Shown here piece after piece: positions 9,820-22,071 of a stretch of DNA of 64,000 bases (the first letter of the stretch is position 1; each line of letters begins with the position of its first letter). Both the position numbers and the translations under genes were made by a program. Source of the DNA: Asterias rubens (Eukaryota); contig NC_047071.1 in NCBI RefSeq assembly GCF_902459465.1, positions 12,090,001-12,154,000 of the forward strand, written 5' to 3'. Under the pieces are notes generated by a model, which ran no database searches, had not been told where the DNA came from, and was given only the letters and a program-made list of their open reading frames with translations.

Positions 9820-12800
9820 CAGATCCTTTTCCCCACTTATGTGTGGTTACATTGAAATACTTGGGTAATTAAACTTAATGGACGAGTAGTTAATAGATGA
9901 GGGGCAGTCAGCAGCCATATTGGTTTGAGCATGATCCAACGATGTCCATTGTTTGAAAGGGGATTACATAGAGATAACAGGTGTGAGTTGCCACACTGAA
10001 AGGATGTTTCATTTGAGCCTCTTCCTTTAATTGAGCTTTCCCTGTAATGTGTATCACTAAAAGTATGCTACATGGTTGCTAGTGTAGCAAAACTATTTTC
10101 AATCTTTTGAAGACTTGTCCTGCGAAATAGTTCACGTCTGAAATACTGCCATTTGTAAGTGTCTCTGAACACTTCCTTCTTATTTCTGTTGTCCAAATCC
10201 ACAAAGTATGCAAAGGGCATGCAATAAATTCTTGATTCTCTGTTTATAAACCTGTGACCTCCCTTCTTGGTAGAGACTTTTAAGGTTAGTCAGAGGGCGT
10301 ACTTGTTCAAATCTACTAGATATGAATAACTTTACCTTTAATTGTAATATTAGGATGTGTGATGCTTTGGTTTTTTTTCCACACGAAGCCAAGCACTGAA
10401 TGAAAGTGCATTTTGCAAACCTAGTCCTTTGCGGCCAGGATAAAAGTGTTTCTGTTTTTATCATACATAAAAATGGAAGGGGCCATTTTATTCTGATGAA
10501 AGGTATGTGTATAGAAAAAAACTATCTATTTCCAGAAACATAATATAATGCTAGGGTTTGGTTGTTCATATTTTTTTTTACAACAAACCCTAAAAGTACC
10601 CTTATTATATTATATAGACTTTTGTAATAGATTAGGTGTTAACATTTTTCAGAACTATGTGTGACTAAGATTATAAGGATACTGTTGTAGTACCGGTAGT
10701 CTTATATCCCTAAATTGTCTCTAATAAAGTCTTGATAGGAGAGTAACTAATAACAGTCAGTAACTAGTAACTCCCCTCAGTGATGGAAGTCGACAAACTA
10801 GTTCCCTTGGCTTCACCTTGGGAACGAGTTGGTCCAGCCTGAAAAATCACTTTTAAGACTAATGTGTAAATATTGGTTCTGAGGATTGCAAAGAGCACAT
10901 CACAGCTCTCCTCATTTTTCTGAAAATGTTACTTTGATTTGTTGCTTCATTCGCTAAATGGGGTTAAGAATGCTGACTGAGAAAACATTATTTTTGATGA
11001 TGTCACCTTTATCCCTCCTGGCTTTTATTTACATGTATGTATACAATGCTGGGTTTTAATGAAGAGCATCTATCCCTATATGTATCTTTATACATAGAAC
11101 TACACTTAATTAAATTATAATTGTTTTAATTGTAAAAAAAAACACAGACTGTTGGCAAGGTATTGTATTTGGATGCAAAGCACCATAATCTCAAATTGAT
11201 TCCTGTCCTGGGAACAGTCTGTCTAAATTAACAAACCATTTTGTTATTGGGTTTTTTTAAGGCCTTGAAAATGTATTGTAGAAATGTTTTTAAGCTGTTT
11301 GAAGTATTTGAAAGAAGCGCTTTTGCCTTCTCGCACAAAAACATTTTACTTAATTTTACATACATTGGAATAAGTAGGACTTGAAGAGAAAGGGATGCTG
11401 GCCAGGATATTTAAGAATGGATGATTTACTGTTCGATTTGAATCGACCACTTTCATCTCCACTTGGTCGTGGAGCCCCAATTGAATGGACTGTGTACACG
11501 TATAGGATAATTTTCCTCATGCGTAAATTCAACTTAAACTACTTCAGAATCAAGCATATTTCTCTCCTTTTAAGGTAGTTAAAAAAAGGGGGAGATGGGA
11601 GGGGGCACAAGGTGCCATTCCTCTCACAAGGTTTTCTCCTCGGTAAGGGTCACCTCTGTGAGGAGATTGTAATTTTCTATTGGAACAATTGCCTGTGGAG
11701 TTTCAGGGCTGCTCTCACGAAGTTTGAATTTGTTTGCCCTTGTAAATGTCGAAATCCAACAGCATAGTGACTCGGGCTCAACATTGTCAACTTTTTTGTA
11801 CCGAGTATCTAAAACCAGAGCCAATTCTGGTGGTGGATTTTGATAGATTTATTATTTGTTCAATTAAATTCAGCTTATTTGGTCCTATCACGTTGGAATA
11901 TTTCCTTATACTTGCAATATACAAAATCATTACACACAAACAAAATATACTGTTTATAGATTAGAACATTGTTTGTGGATAAAACAAAAAAAGCCTAGGC
12001 TGTTTTGGCTAACACTTTGGGAGGAAACATTTTGTACTTGTTGGGTGGATGGTTGTTCTGGCTCAGACTTCTCGTGTCTAGAGAATGTGACAACCATTAA
12101 GATTGGATGTATATTTGTTGAATGTTTGTGTGAGTTAAATATTTGTTGAATGTTTGGTGTGTGTGATAAGTGTTTAGATTTGTCATATTGGGGTCAGGTG
12201 ACATGCAAAGTGGGTGACTCAATTTGGATCCATGTTGTAAAGAGCAAGACTCGTTCCTGCCTCTTTCTTATGCATGATATTATTATGTGCAGATTTTCTC
12301 AAGGGCACTTTGGCAGATTTTACAAAGAGCTAAGATTGATTGTAACTGCAAATCAATCGTAGTTTCTTAGTAAAGTGTGATGTCACAATGTAAATCACTA
12401 TGGTGATACTGACAATTTGTCTTACTATGGATTTTATTGCTTTGTGAAAGCACTAAGATTCATCTTAAAGATATTATCAGTATTACCTTAGTGATTTGTA
12501 TTGAGACATCACTCTTTGCTATAAGCAACTGCGATGGGTTTACAGTTGCGATCAATCTTAACTCTTTGTGAAATCGAGCCCTGGTTGTTTGTTACTCAAA
12601 TTGGCTTCCAATCTTTCTGTAAGAGGAAGCCATAATTGAAAGACCCATTTGTGTAATAATGAAAGCCTTTGAGTCTCTTGACTCCCTCTGGGAGTTTCAT
12701 TGCCATTCAATACAATTATGCACAGGACCTTGTAAAAAATAGGGAAAATGCGTTTATCAGAAATGTTGGGCCAACGATTTAAAGGGGTTTGTTATCATGA

Positions 12801-14039
12801 GCCACTCAACGTCTTGCTCTGTACTCCCCATCGAATGGTCGGCGCAAACTTGAGTATGGATTATTGAGGAGGGCAATTAAAAATCAAACATATTGCTCGT
12901 TAGCTTGTTTCAAATTCCATTTTGATCTTTGTATGTTAAATGTTTGTTTTTCTTTCTCATTTGTGTATATTATGACGTAGTCTCTGTTCAATAGGTATAC
13001 ATCGACTTTCTAGTATTATTTTAACCCGTCTGTTTAGAGTATTTGAATAGTTTGTTATAAGTAAGACGACGTTTATAACGGACAAAGAGAAATACAATAA
13101 AATTATGTTGTAAATAGTTCATTGTGCAGGCTCATTTATTTGGTGTTTACTAGGCAATAGTTTTGTGTTTAATTTTGAAGTATCAAATATGCCCCTTCAC
13201 AGACGATAATCAAAAACATTTATTTAGACTCGGTTTTCATTTTGTTCTTTCAAAGACAAATGTTTACCAATATGACATTTTTAATCTGTATCGGAACAAA
13301 ACCACTGTGTTTTGTGTAGCCCCCCTAGGCCTACAAATTAGACACGGATGCTCAGAATCAAGATTTAGGAAAAATCTGTGGAGTCCATTTAGCCTGGATC
13401 TCCATTTGTTAATCATAAAAACCATGTGACATATTGTATTCTCACTCAGAAAATGAAATCTGACTCTGAAACTGAATTTGTGAAAAAAAAGTAAGCCTCT
13501 AAATTGGTCTTGATATTTTACAAACTCTGGCAGCCACAGATCCCTACTGGCTTTTTGGCCCAGACATTTGCTTACTGGCTGAGAGCCAGTTGTGAACAAA
13601 ACCCAAAAAAGATTCTGACAAGATTCTTGGACGAGTTTGGAACACCGTATTCCTCCATGCCGTAACCAAAGTAACAAAATTGAGGCTCAATAAATAATAA
13701 ATAAATAAGCCACAGCTGTTGAAAATGGCCTTTATATATTATTTTATGGAACAAGGTCATTTCAGTCGTGGCTACGGCTGCAATTATTGCTATGGGCGTT
13801 GCTAATAGCATTCTCAAGCCGCAGCCGTTAAGTCGGACAGGGCTACCTTCGTCAAAGCACCGTATAAAGCGTTTGCATGATACTGGGAACCATACGTAAA
13901 TCGTGATCAATGGCTTATCCGTTGGTGTCCCCTGTATCAAATAAGGTTACCGGGGTACCAGTCGGGCAGTAATGCCATCACTGTCTAAAAATAGATGCAG
14001 TTGCTGAACGAAAATGGCTGTCGGTGCAACAGAACTGTG

Positions 14040-14109
14040 ATAGAGTGACATGACGTTTCTGTTGTTTGTTAAAAAGTGTTGAAGTGTCATGTGAGGTTAT
14101 GAGGTAAGC
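14040..14109 (+). promoter_or_regulatory. Candidate UBAP1 non-coding first exon / TSS region
   Basis: Strong donor gag/gtaagc at 14104, CRE-like tgacatgacgt near 14047 and local CpG enrichment upstream of the first coding exon. No transcript evidence. Confidence 0.35.
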
Positions 14110-14604
14110 TGAGCAGAGGTTTCACAATTTCATAATGATTTTGTAATTATGACAAATGTATGAACATGATTTCCATGGTTGTTTAAATAAAACTAATACA
14201 AATAGTATTTGCCAGTCGTATCGAACTAGCCGTGTGTTTTCTTGTCAACTCCCCCGGCCGGGTTATTCTCCATCACCAGGAAACTTACTCACTCACTCAC
14301 GTCACTGACTCTTTGAAATGGCTCTGTTGTATAAGAATCCCATGATTGTGATGTGAATAACTGTTTAGTTAGTCTGTATTTTGTGTCATTTGTTCTCCCA
14401 TTGTTACTAAAACAAAAGCAGTGTTTCATTCATGAGTAAATATTATTTCATGTTTCTTTTCATTTCATTTAGTTTATAATTAAAATTAAATTAGAAAATA
14501 TTATTTAATTATAAATAAAATTATTGAATTAAAATGTTTATATTATTTTTACCTGATTTAAGACTAATTATTTAAGAAGCTGAAATTTCGTTGATACATT
14601 CTTC

Positions 14605-14628
14605 ATCATCATCATCATCATCATCATC
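14605..14628. repeat. (CAT)n microsatellite
   Basis: Direct reading. Confidence 0.9.
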
Positions 14629-14633
14629 ACTTT

Positions 14634-14885
14634 TTAAAGGCAATGGATTTTGCCTCTGGTAATTGTTAGCATAAAAATCTTATGGTTAGCGATTAATGGA
14701 GAGATGTTGATTTGTATTTGTAAAAGGATTGATACAGTATAAAACACTGAGAATCGGCTCCCTCTGAAGTAACGCCGTTTTTGAGAAAAAAAGTTTATCT
14801 CACTAAAAAATTTGAATTTGATTTTGAGGTCTCGAATTCAAGCATATCTGAATGAAGTGAAAGCGCACACAACTTCGCGTGACAA
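14634..14885. mobile_element. Truncated TTAA MITE
   Basis: Starts ttaaaggcaatgg and contains ggctccctctgaagt and cacacaacttcg.gtgacaa, shared with 145-530. Confidence 0.7.
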
Positions 14886-15341
14886 AGCAAAAGTGTGTTA
14901 AAATCAGCACCCTGGACCATGGACGCCCTGTCCTGACACACACCAAGGATTACGACTGCAATCTCTTACGCTTGTGCAATCAGTTTGGGGATATTTTAGT
15001 TGAAAAAATGTAGGCCTAAGGCTTTTACATAGGTTTTTACATTTAACAGAAGGGCTTCAAAGGGCTAGTTACGTAGCTTTCTTGTCAATATACTATGCTT
15101 ATTAAGTGTCAGATTAAAGTGCAGTGTTTGGTTACTTTTCTTTACTTTGTCTATTTTAAAATTATTTTTCAGCAGAACAAAGATTACTTCAGCTGGTGGA
15201 ACATAATGCCTTTTCTCAACGTACAATTAGCTGAAGGGCTTCATTAGCAATTGAATGAATTCAGCGAAAGTAGTGCATCTATATTGGCCACGAGGGGTTG
15301 CTTGCTAGACTGTTTGAAAGGAGCAGCTGCTGCAGGGAGCC

Positions 15342-15384
15342 ATGGCATATCACTACCAGACCTCCCTGGGAAGGTCCCTCTCAG
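15342..15384 (+). CDS. UBAP1: UBAP1 probable first coding exon (MAYHYQTSLGRSLS)
   Basis: gagccATGG Kozak context and cag/gtaggt donor in phase 1, matching the phase-1 start of the next exon. Gives a 499-aa total, close to vertebrate UBAP1 length. Confidence 0.7.
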
Positions 15385-15949
15385 GTAGGTTACCAGCTTA
15401 CGTTTGACACATACCATCCGTATAGACCCATTGCATATGGTGTCACACTATCAAAAAGGAGGCAGATCAGTAGCTGTTCTCTGTGCCTAAAACCTGCGCG
15501 TGACCTCAGCATACCTGTAGCGTTTCGCATTATGCAAGGGGGAGCTGTTGATTTCTTACACAATACAGAACGCGCCTTCGAACAACGCATGTAATTTTGG
15601 GTGTCAACTCTCTTTAGTGCATGTAAACGATTTTGACACCTAAAATGACACCCAGGATAGGCACATGTGAGTACTTTCAAGGGGTCTATTGCATAAAGAT
15701 TGAAACAGAAGCCCAATTTCATACTGCTGAAACACTTCGTGTTGGATACAGCTTTATCTGCTAATTATTTTGGGACTGACTTACAGCCAATGTTTCTTAA
15801 CGCCTGGAACAAGTTATCTTAAAAGATTTTCCTCAATTTGTTTACAGTCACCAGACCACCAACAACAGTGGGGCTAGTACACAAAGCAAAATGTATAACA
15901 ATTTGGAGGGGTTGCAGTAGATGATTCAATCATAGTTAATGCTATCATT

Positions 15950-16022
15950 AGGTACTCAAAGACCATCATTTGCTAACTCAATAATAAGGTACTCAAAGAC
16001 CATCATTTGCTAACTCAATAAT
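15950..16022. repeat. 37-bp tandem duplication
   Basis: aggtactcaaagaccatcatttgctaactcaataat occurs twice. Confidence 0.9.
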
Positions 16023-16544
16023 TAGCATCCAGTGTGACTTTTGACTTTTTCAGTCAAAATATTTTGCGATGCAAAATTGCCAGACAAAATCACTCCTTCA
16101 ATTAAAAATAATGTATTACATTTGTAGAGGAGATTAAGATACCAAAATCCAAGGTCAACAAAAGGGATGTCAAAACCTTCTCCCTGGATAGTCTCCAGAG
16201 CTAACATTTTGCCATTTGTGTACGGTTAAATTGTTAAATGTTATTCTTACCTGCCTTTGGTTTTGAAAACCTCGGCTGCCTGTAAGGCACCTTGGTGGTG
16301 ATCAAACACAATAACATCTCAGCCCTTGCAGGTCACCTTTTATACTCCTGGGTGAAGAGAAGCAAATTATGACTGAAGTTTCTCACTGAAGGGCACAAGT
16401 GTTTGGCCATTCTTGGATTCTTATCTTCTGGGATTCAAACTCGGCGCACAGCAATTCTTCCAGTAAGGGGCAACCCTATGAAGAAAATGTCTACTTGTAC
16501 TGGAACTTTGCACAGGGCACCACAGCAAAAGCATAGGGCATCAC

Positions 16545-16911
16545 TAAGCTTGGGCGATATCACGATATTATCGAATATCGCGATATTAATTTGGAAACGA
16601 TTTCGATATCGGATCGATTTGGTTTTAATCGAAATAGTGATATACCGTGCGATATCGCGATATCGATTAAATATCGCAATATCACGATGTATTTCCTAGC
16701 TGAGACATCTTGCACCCCATAGGTTTGGAGTAAAACCAGAAGAATAGGTCATTAGAACACCTCTCTTATGCTATGACTGTCTCTTGTACAACTTTCACTT
16801 GGAGTTTGAAGACTGGTGATGTCAAATTTAAGTAATCGCGATTAATCGAATATCGCGATATATTGTCGGCGATATATCGTGAATAAAATAAATCGATATC
16901 GCCCAAGCTTA
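16545..16911. mobile_element. hAT-like MITE
   Basis: 17-bp TIRs taagcttgggcgatatc / gatatcgcccaagctta, exact 8-bp TSD GGCATCAC (16537-16544, 16912-16919) and gatatcg-rich subterminal repeats. Confidence 0.9.
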
Positions 16912-16992
16912 GGCATCACAGCAATTGCTGTACAGGCGGTGGGTCAATTAAAGGTTGATGTTCTGCAATCAACTGAGCAAGGGTCTGACAGA

Positions 16993-17165
16993 CCAGGCCT
17001 GTATGCTTCATTTTTGGAAGGGCAACGGTACTAAGGCATTTTCTCCTTTGTAAAGAGCACCCTATGAGGAAATTGTAAATTTCTACTGGAGCATTTCAAG
17101 GGCACCAAGGCTATGACCAGTGGGCATGAATCGCCTTCATTGCCTCCTTGAAGTATCAGGCCTGG
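16993..17165. mobile_element. MITE with CAGGCCTG ends
   Basis: ccaggcctgtatgcttca / tgaagtatcaggcctgg; related copies at ~9079-9210 and ~19262-19585. Confidence 0.7.
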
Positions 17166-17226
17166 TCTGGGCTACATTGTGATTGATATGCTGAATGTGA
17201 AACTAAATTTTATATTATGCTTTCAG

Positions 17227-17345
17227 TGACAAGTCTACAAGGAATTCAAGTCCGTCTTGGTGAGCGCTTCAAACCACCAGAGAAAGTTTCATTGCCCCTT
17301 GGTTATAAGGAGCCCAATCCATCTGCAGCTCTTAATGCAACACAG
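17227..17345 (+). CDS. UBAP1: UBAP1 exon, UMA domain
   Basis: tttcag acceptor, gtaaac donor. LQGIQVRLGERFKPPEKVSLPLGY resembles the UMA motif [24 protein letters not shown]. Confidence 0.88.
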
Positions 17346-17764
17346 GTAAACATATCTAAACACCTCAAGTTTAAAGGGTTTCAAGGGTACTTTTTGCATG
17401 AGACAAAACACAAAATTCTATAGATTGACATTAAACTTAAACGGTTTGAAGATAACGATGGTTGAAAGCTTCCCTTAAAATATTATTTACAGGTGTGCTG
17501 TAGTTTTTGAGAAATAAATAAAACAATTTATCTCAGGAGACGAATTTTTTTTTAGCACGTCCAATGGATTCTCCTGAAAACAGCTCTGTAATTTTCACTT
17601 TTTTTCTTAAAAACTTGACGACTAAAGAAGGGGAAGCCTCTACAGGTAAATTAAATTACATACATCTTCATTCACAGTGAGTAGTGATTCATGTCATGGC
17701 TAAAATCTTGATCTACAAAAGGTTTCAAAACCCTTTAATATCCAAATTATTATTATTATTTATT

Positions 17765-18040
17765 TATGCTGGGCATACCAAAGGCAGTTTTGGGGCAGTG
17801 TGTATGGGAGCAAGTTTGTTGATTTGCTCTTCTTGTTGAGCGTTTTATAGGTGCATGTTTTGCGGCAACAAACATTGCAGAAAGTCTTGTGCGCCCAGCA
17901 GGCATGGTGGGCATACCAAAGGCAGTTTTGGGGCAGTGTATATAGAAGCCAATTTGTTGATAGACATTTCTTGTTGGGAACTTTATGGTAGCAAGTTTGC
18001 CGGCAACAGACATTGCAGAAAGATTTGTGCAGCCCAGCCG
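17765..18040. repeat. Diverged tandem duplication, ~140-bp period
   Basis: gggcataccaaaggcagttttggggcagtgt at ~17770 and ~17910 with similar downstream sequence. Confidence 0.75.
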
Positions 18041-18277
18041 GGAACCCCACTGTTTGCATACCCTTTGCATATTCATGTTGTCAAAATTTCAAACAATGTC
18101 CTTACTGAGGCAAAAGGAAGCAGCTCGTTGGACGATAGCTGTTCTTGGTGCATAAAAACTTGTGTGTGACCTCAGCGTACCAGCAGCGTTGAGCGTTATG
18201 CAAATTGTCTTTAGTATCTCAACAATCTCAAGAGTTTAAAAATGATCTCCTCTGTTTTTTTAATTTTGAATTATCAG

Positions 18278-19174
18278 TACTCGCTTGAGACAGAGAGCAC
18301 CTTCCTCCAATGGTTAAATGCAAAGAAAGTCTCCGATGCAGCCAAGGAGGCCAGCCGAAGACAGGCCCTTGAAGAGCAGAAGGCAGCGGCAACGAGTCCA
18401 GCGCAGCTCCCGAATGGCATCCTGCAACCGACTGATGCCAAAGGGTCTTCGTCTGAACCCCCAACCAACTCCATCCCACCGATACCCAGCCTCGGGAGCG
18501 GTGGTATACTAACGCCCGAGACCTTGGCAACTAGCAGCAGTCGGCTCCCCGTCGCACCGGTGAACCGCAAGCGTATGTACGACCTGGCAGATTTTGAAAA
18601 CAATGCGTCCGACCCGTTTGAGTCAACAGAACTTGAAACGCTGAACGATATGGAGGAATTGAAAAGCGTGCTAGCCAATACCAACGTCCCGGTTCGAACT
18701 GGGGGAGTAAGGACAGAACAGCCACTTCATTCGCCTGATCTGTCAGAGGAAACCGAGCCTGCGTCATCAGAAGTGACAGAACTTGCATCGGTTATTGTTC
18801 AAACGTCAAATAAACAAGTTTCATACAAACCAGATAAGCCAAAGCCAGTCTCAAAACCTACAGGCCTTTCAACAGGACCCAATACTCAAGTGCCTAATGG
18901 AAGTAAAATCCCTAGCACCTCAAGTACACCAAATATAAACCCAGATCCCTTTGGACGGAGTCCCTTACCCCCGATCCACTCATCTCGGAGTGACAGCCAG
19001 GTGTCACCTCAGGAGAGCAATGACAGGTTGATATCAAGAGGTCTGGCTGCAACTAACTCTTCCCAGCCTCAACGAGGGAGATCGCCGCCGCCCAATTATT
19101 ATGCTCCGGATTTTACTTCTAGCAGAACGTCACCAGTAGTTAGTCCTGTTGAGCCTCCACCTGGCTATCCACAG
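18278..19174 (+). CDS. UBAP1: UBAP1 large central exon (end of UMA plus P/S-rich linker)
   Basis: tatcag acceptor, gtaaga donor, 299 codons. Contains YSLETESTFLQW (UMA end) and YDLADFENNASDPFESTELETLNDMEELKSVL, similar to the conserved UBAP1 LADFE..DPFD.LELKT...EEL..IL segment. Confidence 0.92.
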
Positions 19175-19341
19175 GTAAGAGAGAGTCATGCACTGTAACA
19201 CGTATGCTCTGACGATTCAACACAAACTTCACAGCAAAGAGAGTGAACTTACACATGTACACAGGCCTGGAATTTTCATCTTTGAGAGGGGAAGGCCATT
19301 TTCGTTGCGGAAAGGGCACTTCCATTCGAAAATCTTAAAGT

Positions 19342-19500
19342 CCATAGACCTTTTCACAAATACCATTGCGCAAGCGCAAATTGTTGAATGGGGTGCATGC
19401 TGGTCTAGCTAGTGATCAAATTTAATAGCTAGCTAGACCAGCATGCACCTCATTCCACGTCTATTGTGCGCGTACCGAGTATTTGCAATAAGGTCTATGG
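19342..19500. mobile_element. ATAGACC-ended MITE nested inside a CAGGCCTG MITE
   Basis: ccatagacctt / aaggtctatgg ends and an internal hairpin gtgcatgctggtctagcta / tagctagaccagcatgcac. Similar ends at ~15421-15690 and ~27228-27427. Confidence 0.7.
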
Positions 19501-19796
19501 GAAACTTTTGAAGTTGCACCAAGGCCAAGACCAGGGCACAAAGGAGGCCTCCATGGCCTACGTGAAATTCCATGCTTGAGCTTAATCCCCCCAAACTGTT
19601 TTGACTAAAAACCTTTCCTCCTCATTGTTCAGAATCCTCTGGCATAATAGTCATGTCCAAGCCTTCAAACTTTTGAGCAAACATTTTCACTGGCACTGTT
19701 AGTGTTAAAAGTACACAGATTTCTCTTTAAACAAAATGCGCCAGATACCCTCTCCTCTCATAAAATGCCAGCTTTCAATAATGCGCACTTGTGTGT

Positions 19797-19932
19797 AAGG
19801 CCAAATCCGAACTGGCGGCTACAGCTACGGCTACCACTGTTGCTAAAGGTACTGCGAAGGCAGCCTATACTTCAACGCATGATGAGGCAGAAGTCTAGCC
19901 GTAGCTGTAGCCATTAATTTAGACACGGCCTA
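19797..19932. mobile_element. Harbinger-like MITE (TWA flanks)
   Basis: taaggcc...ggctacagctacggc / gccgtagctgtagcc...ggcctaa. Confidence 0.6.
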
Positions 19933-20414
19933 ATTTACATTATTGAGTTACTTTTTTGTTGTTACTTGCAGTGCTGTCATACACGTTGTTGCAGTGTTGT
20001 CACATTTAATGCTTTGATATTGCTTTCCCTTCTTAGTGTGTGTCTTTAGAGGAAGTCAGCTGTTCGTCTTACCCAGATCTTGACTTAGAGGTTAGCTGCG
20101 TTACATAATATCACCCTCACTTCCACCCCAATCCCCTTCTTGCATGGCATCAAGGCAGATATTAACTTGCATGCTACTGCTACATGTTGTTCTGTTGTAT
20201 TATTTGTTGTTAGTCTCTTAGAATAATCATGAAAGCTCCCACTTCTTTGTATTATCTGTGTCACCTGTAGTGTGCACATGAACATGTTTTTATGTTCCTT
20301 GTAATACATTACACATGTTAATGAATCTCATTTGTTTTGGTGATAATTTGCACTCACCATAAGTACCAACTCTAACACATTTATATTTTGAATGTTGTAT
20401 CATTGTTTGTGGCT

Positions 20415-20945
20415 TGGGCACTATGGAATACTAGTGCCTAGGGCCCTATGTATCACTGGCGCCTTTGGCCATAAATGTATCACTGGCGCCTTTGGCCATA
20501 TATGGAGCACTGGCGCCTTTGGCCATATATGGAGCACTGGTGCTTTGGGTCCTATGCAGCACTGGTGCCTAGGGCCCTGTAGAGCACTGGTGCATAGTAG
20601 GGCCCTGTGCAGCACTGGTGCCTAGGGCCCTGTGCAGCACTGGTGCCTAGGGCCCTATCAAACTCTGGCGCCTATGGCTATATGGAACACTGGTGCTTTG
20701 GGCCCTTTGCAGCACTGGTGCTTCAGGCCCAATGGAGCACTGGTGCCTAGGGCCCAGTGGAGCATTGTTGCTTTGGGCCCTATGGAACACTGGTGCTTCA
20801 GGCCCAATGGAGCACTGGTGCCTAGGGCCCAGTGGAGCATTGTTGCTTTGGGCCCTATGGAACACTGGTGCTTTGGGCCGTAGGGAATACTGGTGCCTAG
20901 AGCCATATGTAGCACTGGTGCTTTGGGCCTAATGGAAAAGTGGTG
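20415..20945. repeat. ~25-bp GC-rich minisatellite in a UBAP1 intron
   Basis: Monomer approximately gcactggtgcctagggccctgtgca, about 20 copies, with an exact 75-bp trimer duplication at 20713-20862. Confidence 0.92.
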
Positions 20946-21864
20946 GCTAGGGCATTATCTGGAATATTAGTAGGATGCTATGTGGCAGAAGTGCCTGAGG
21001 CCCTATGGAACACTTGTGTCTATGGCCTATGGAACACAATGTCAGGAGTAAGACATTTTCTGATCGAATTATTTTAGAGATACCAATAATAACATTTCCT
21101 TGTACATGCTTCCTCCTTTCACTTCTAGCATGTACTGTAGCTGTTTTCCCAATCAGTGTACATATGTATACACGCAACAATCAGCTCAAAACACATTAAA
21201 GGGATTCACTTTGCATTAGTCATGTTAGCGGTTCATTGTTTTAATATGTTTAGCCGTGTACACAACTGGTAATGCTTGGATAAAATTTCATGTCTTCAAG
21301 TAAAAGGGCTTAAAAGTATTTTATTTAAACTCGCTGAGGCCTGGGTTTTGATAAATTGACCGAGACAAAGTCATCTCGGTAAACTTATAAAGAATCAGGC
21401 CTCAACATGTTTAAACAGCTAGTTTAAAACCGAGTCAACACACTTTGATTTCCATTCATAAACACCTCTCCATTTAGAAGCATCAAAAATCTCTTTTAAT
21501 GTTGAGAACAAATTCGACAGTTTAGCCTCACCTGGACTCTGCGTTGAAATCTGTGCATGTTTGTTCGCTTAGTACCAAGTTTCAACTTTGCACGCTTTAA
21601 TCGTTTCAAGCTATCATACGCAAGATTACCAAATATGCAACCTATTGGGTAATGAAACTTGCGTGCACTTTGCAATTGTCTGATAGCATCCTCTTTGACC
21701 TAAGAAGGTCAGGTCATTTTTAATCACTGCTAACTGTCAGAATAGATAAACCAATCAGAATGGATAAACTGTCTGAGGTATTTATGAATGAATATTTGAT
21801 TAGACAACACTCACCGCAAAGGGTAAATTTGGCTTTGTCATTTTTTTGTCCTTCTCCTTCACAG

Positions 21865-22071
21865 AATCTTAACAGGTACACCCCACTCCCACCGCCCCCG
21901 CATCAGTCGCATGTTACCGCTTTGGACTTTGGCCAATCACCTGTACCAGATCCTATCTTCGACAACCTCAGTGCAGAGGATCGGGCGTTCGTAGCCAATA
22001 TTGCAGCGATGGGATTCCCACGATCTCGGACAGCGAGGGCGGTTCAGCAGCTTGGACACGACGACAGAATT
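21865..22071 (+). CDS. UBAP1: UBAP1 exon, first UBA of SOUBA
   Basis: ttcacag acceptor, gtaagt donor, phase 0-0. Contains LSAEDRAFVANIAAMGFPRSRTARAVQQLG with the UBA MGF motif. Confidence 0.92.

Noticed and set aside
10775-10845. C/D-box snoRNA-like segment (GTGATGG...CTGA)
   Set aside because: Imperfect C box, no terminal stem, no recognisable guide, and it is not intronic.
11624-11824. Coding-looking minus-strand ORF in the putative ARNT 3' UTR
   Set aside because: An in-frame stop lies just upstream, there is no good acceptor, no recognisable domain and no partner exons.
17756-18169. Cys-rich ORFs resembling a zinc finger or piggyBac C-terminal domain
   Set aside because: They arise from a ~140-bp intronic duplication, cysteine spacing is inconsistent and there is no upstream transposase sequence.
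20392-20932. Stack of overlapping 64-85-aa ORFs on both strands
   Set aside because: Artefact of the stop-poor 25-bp minisatellite.
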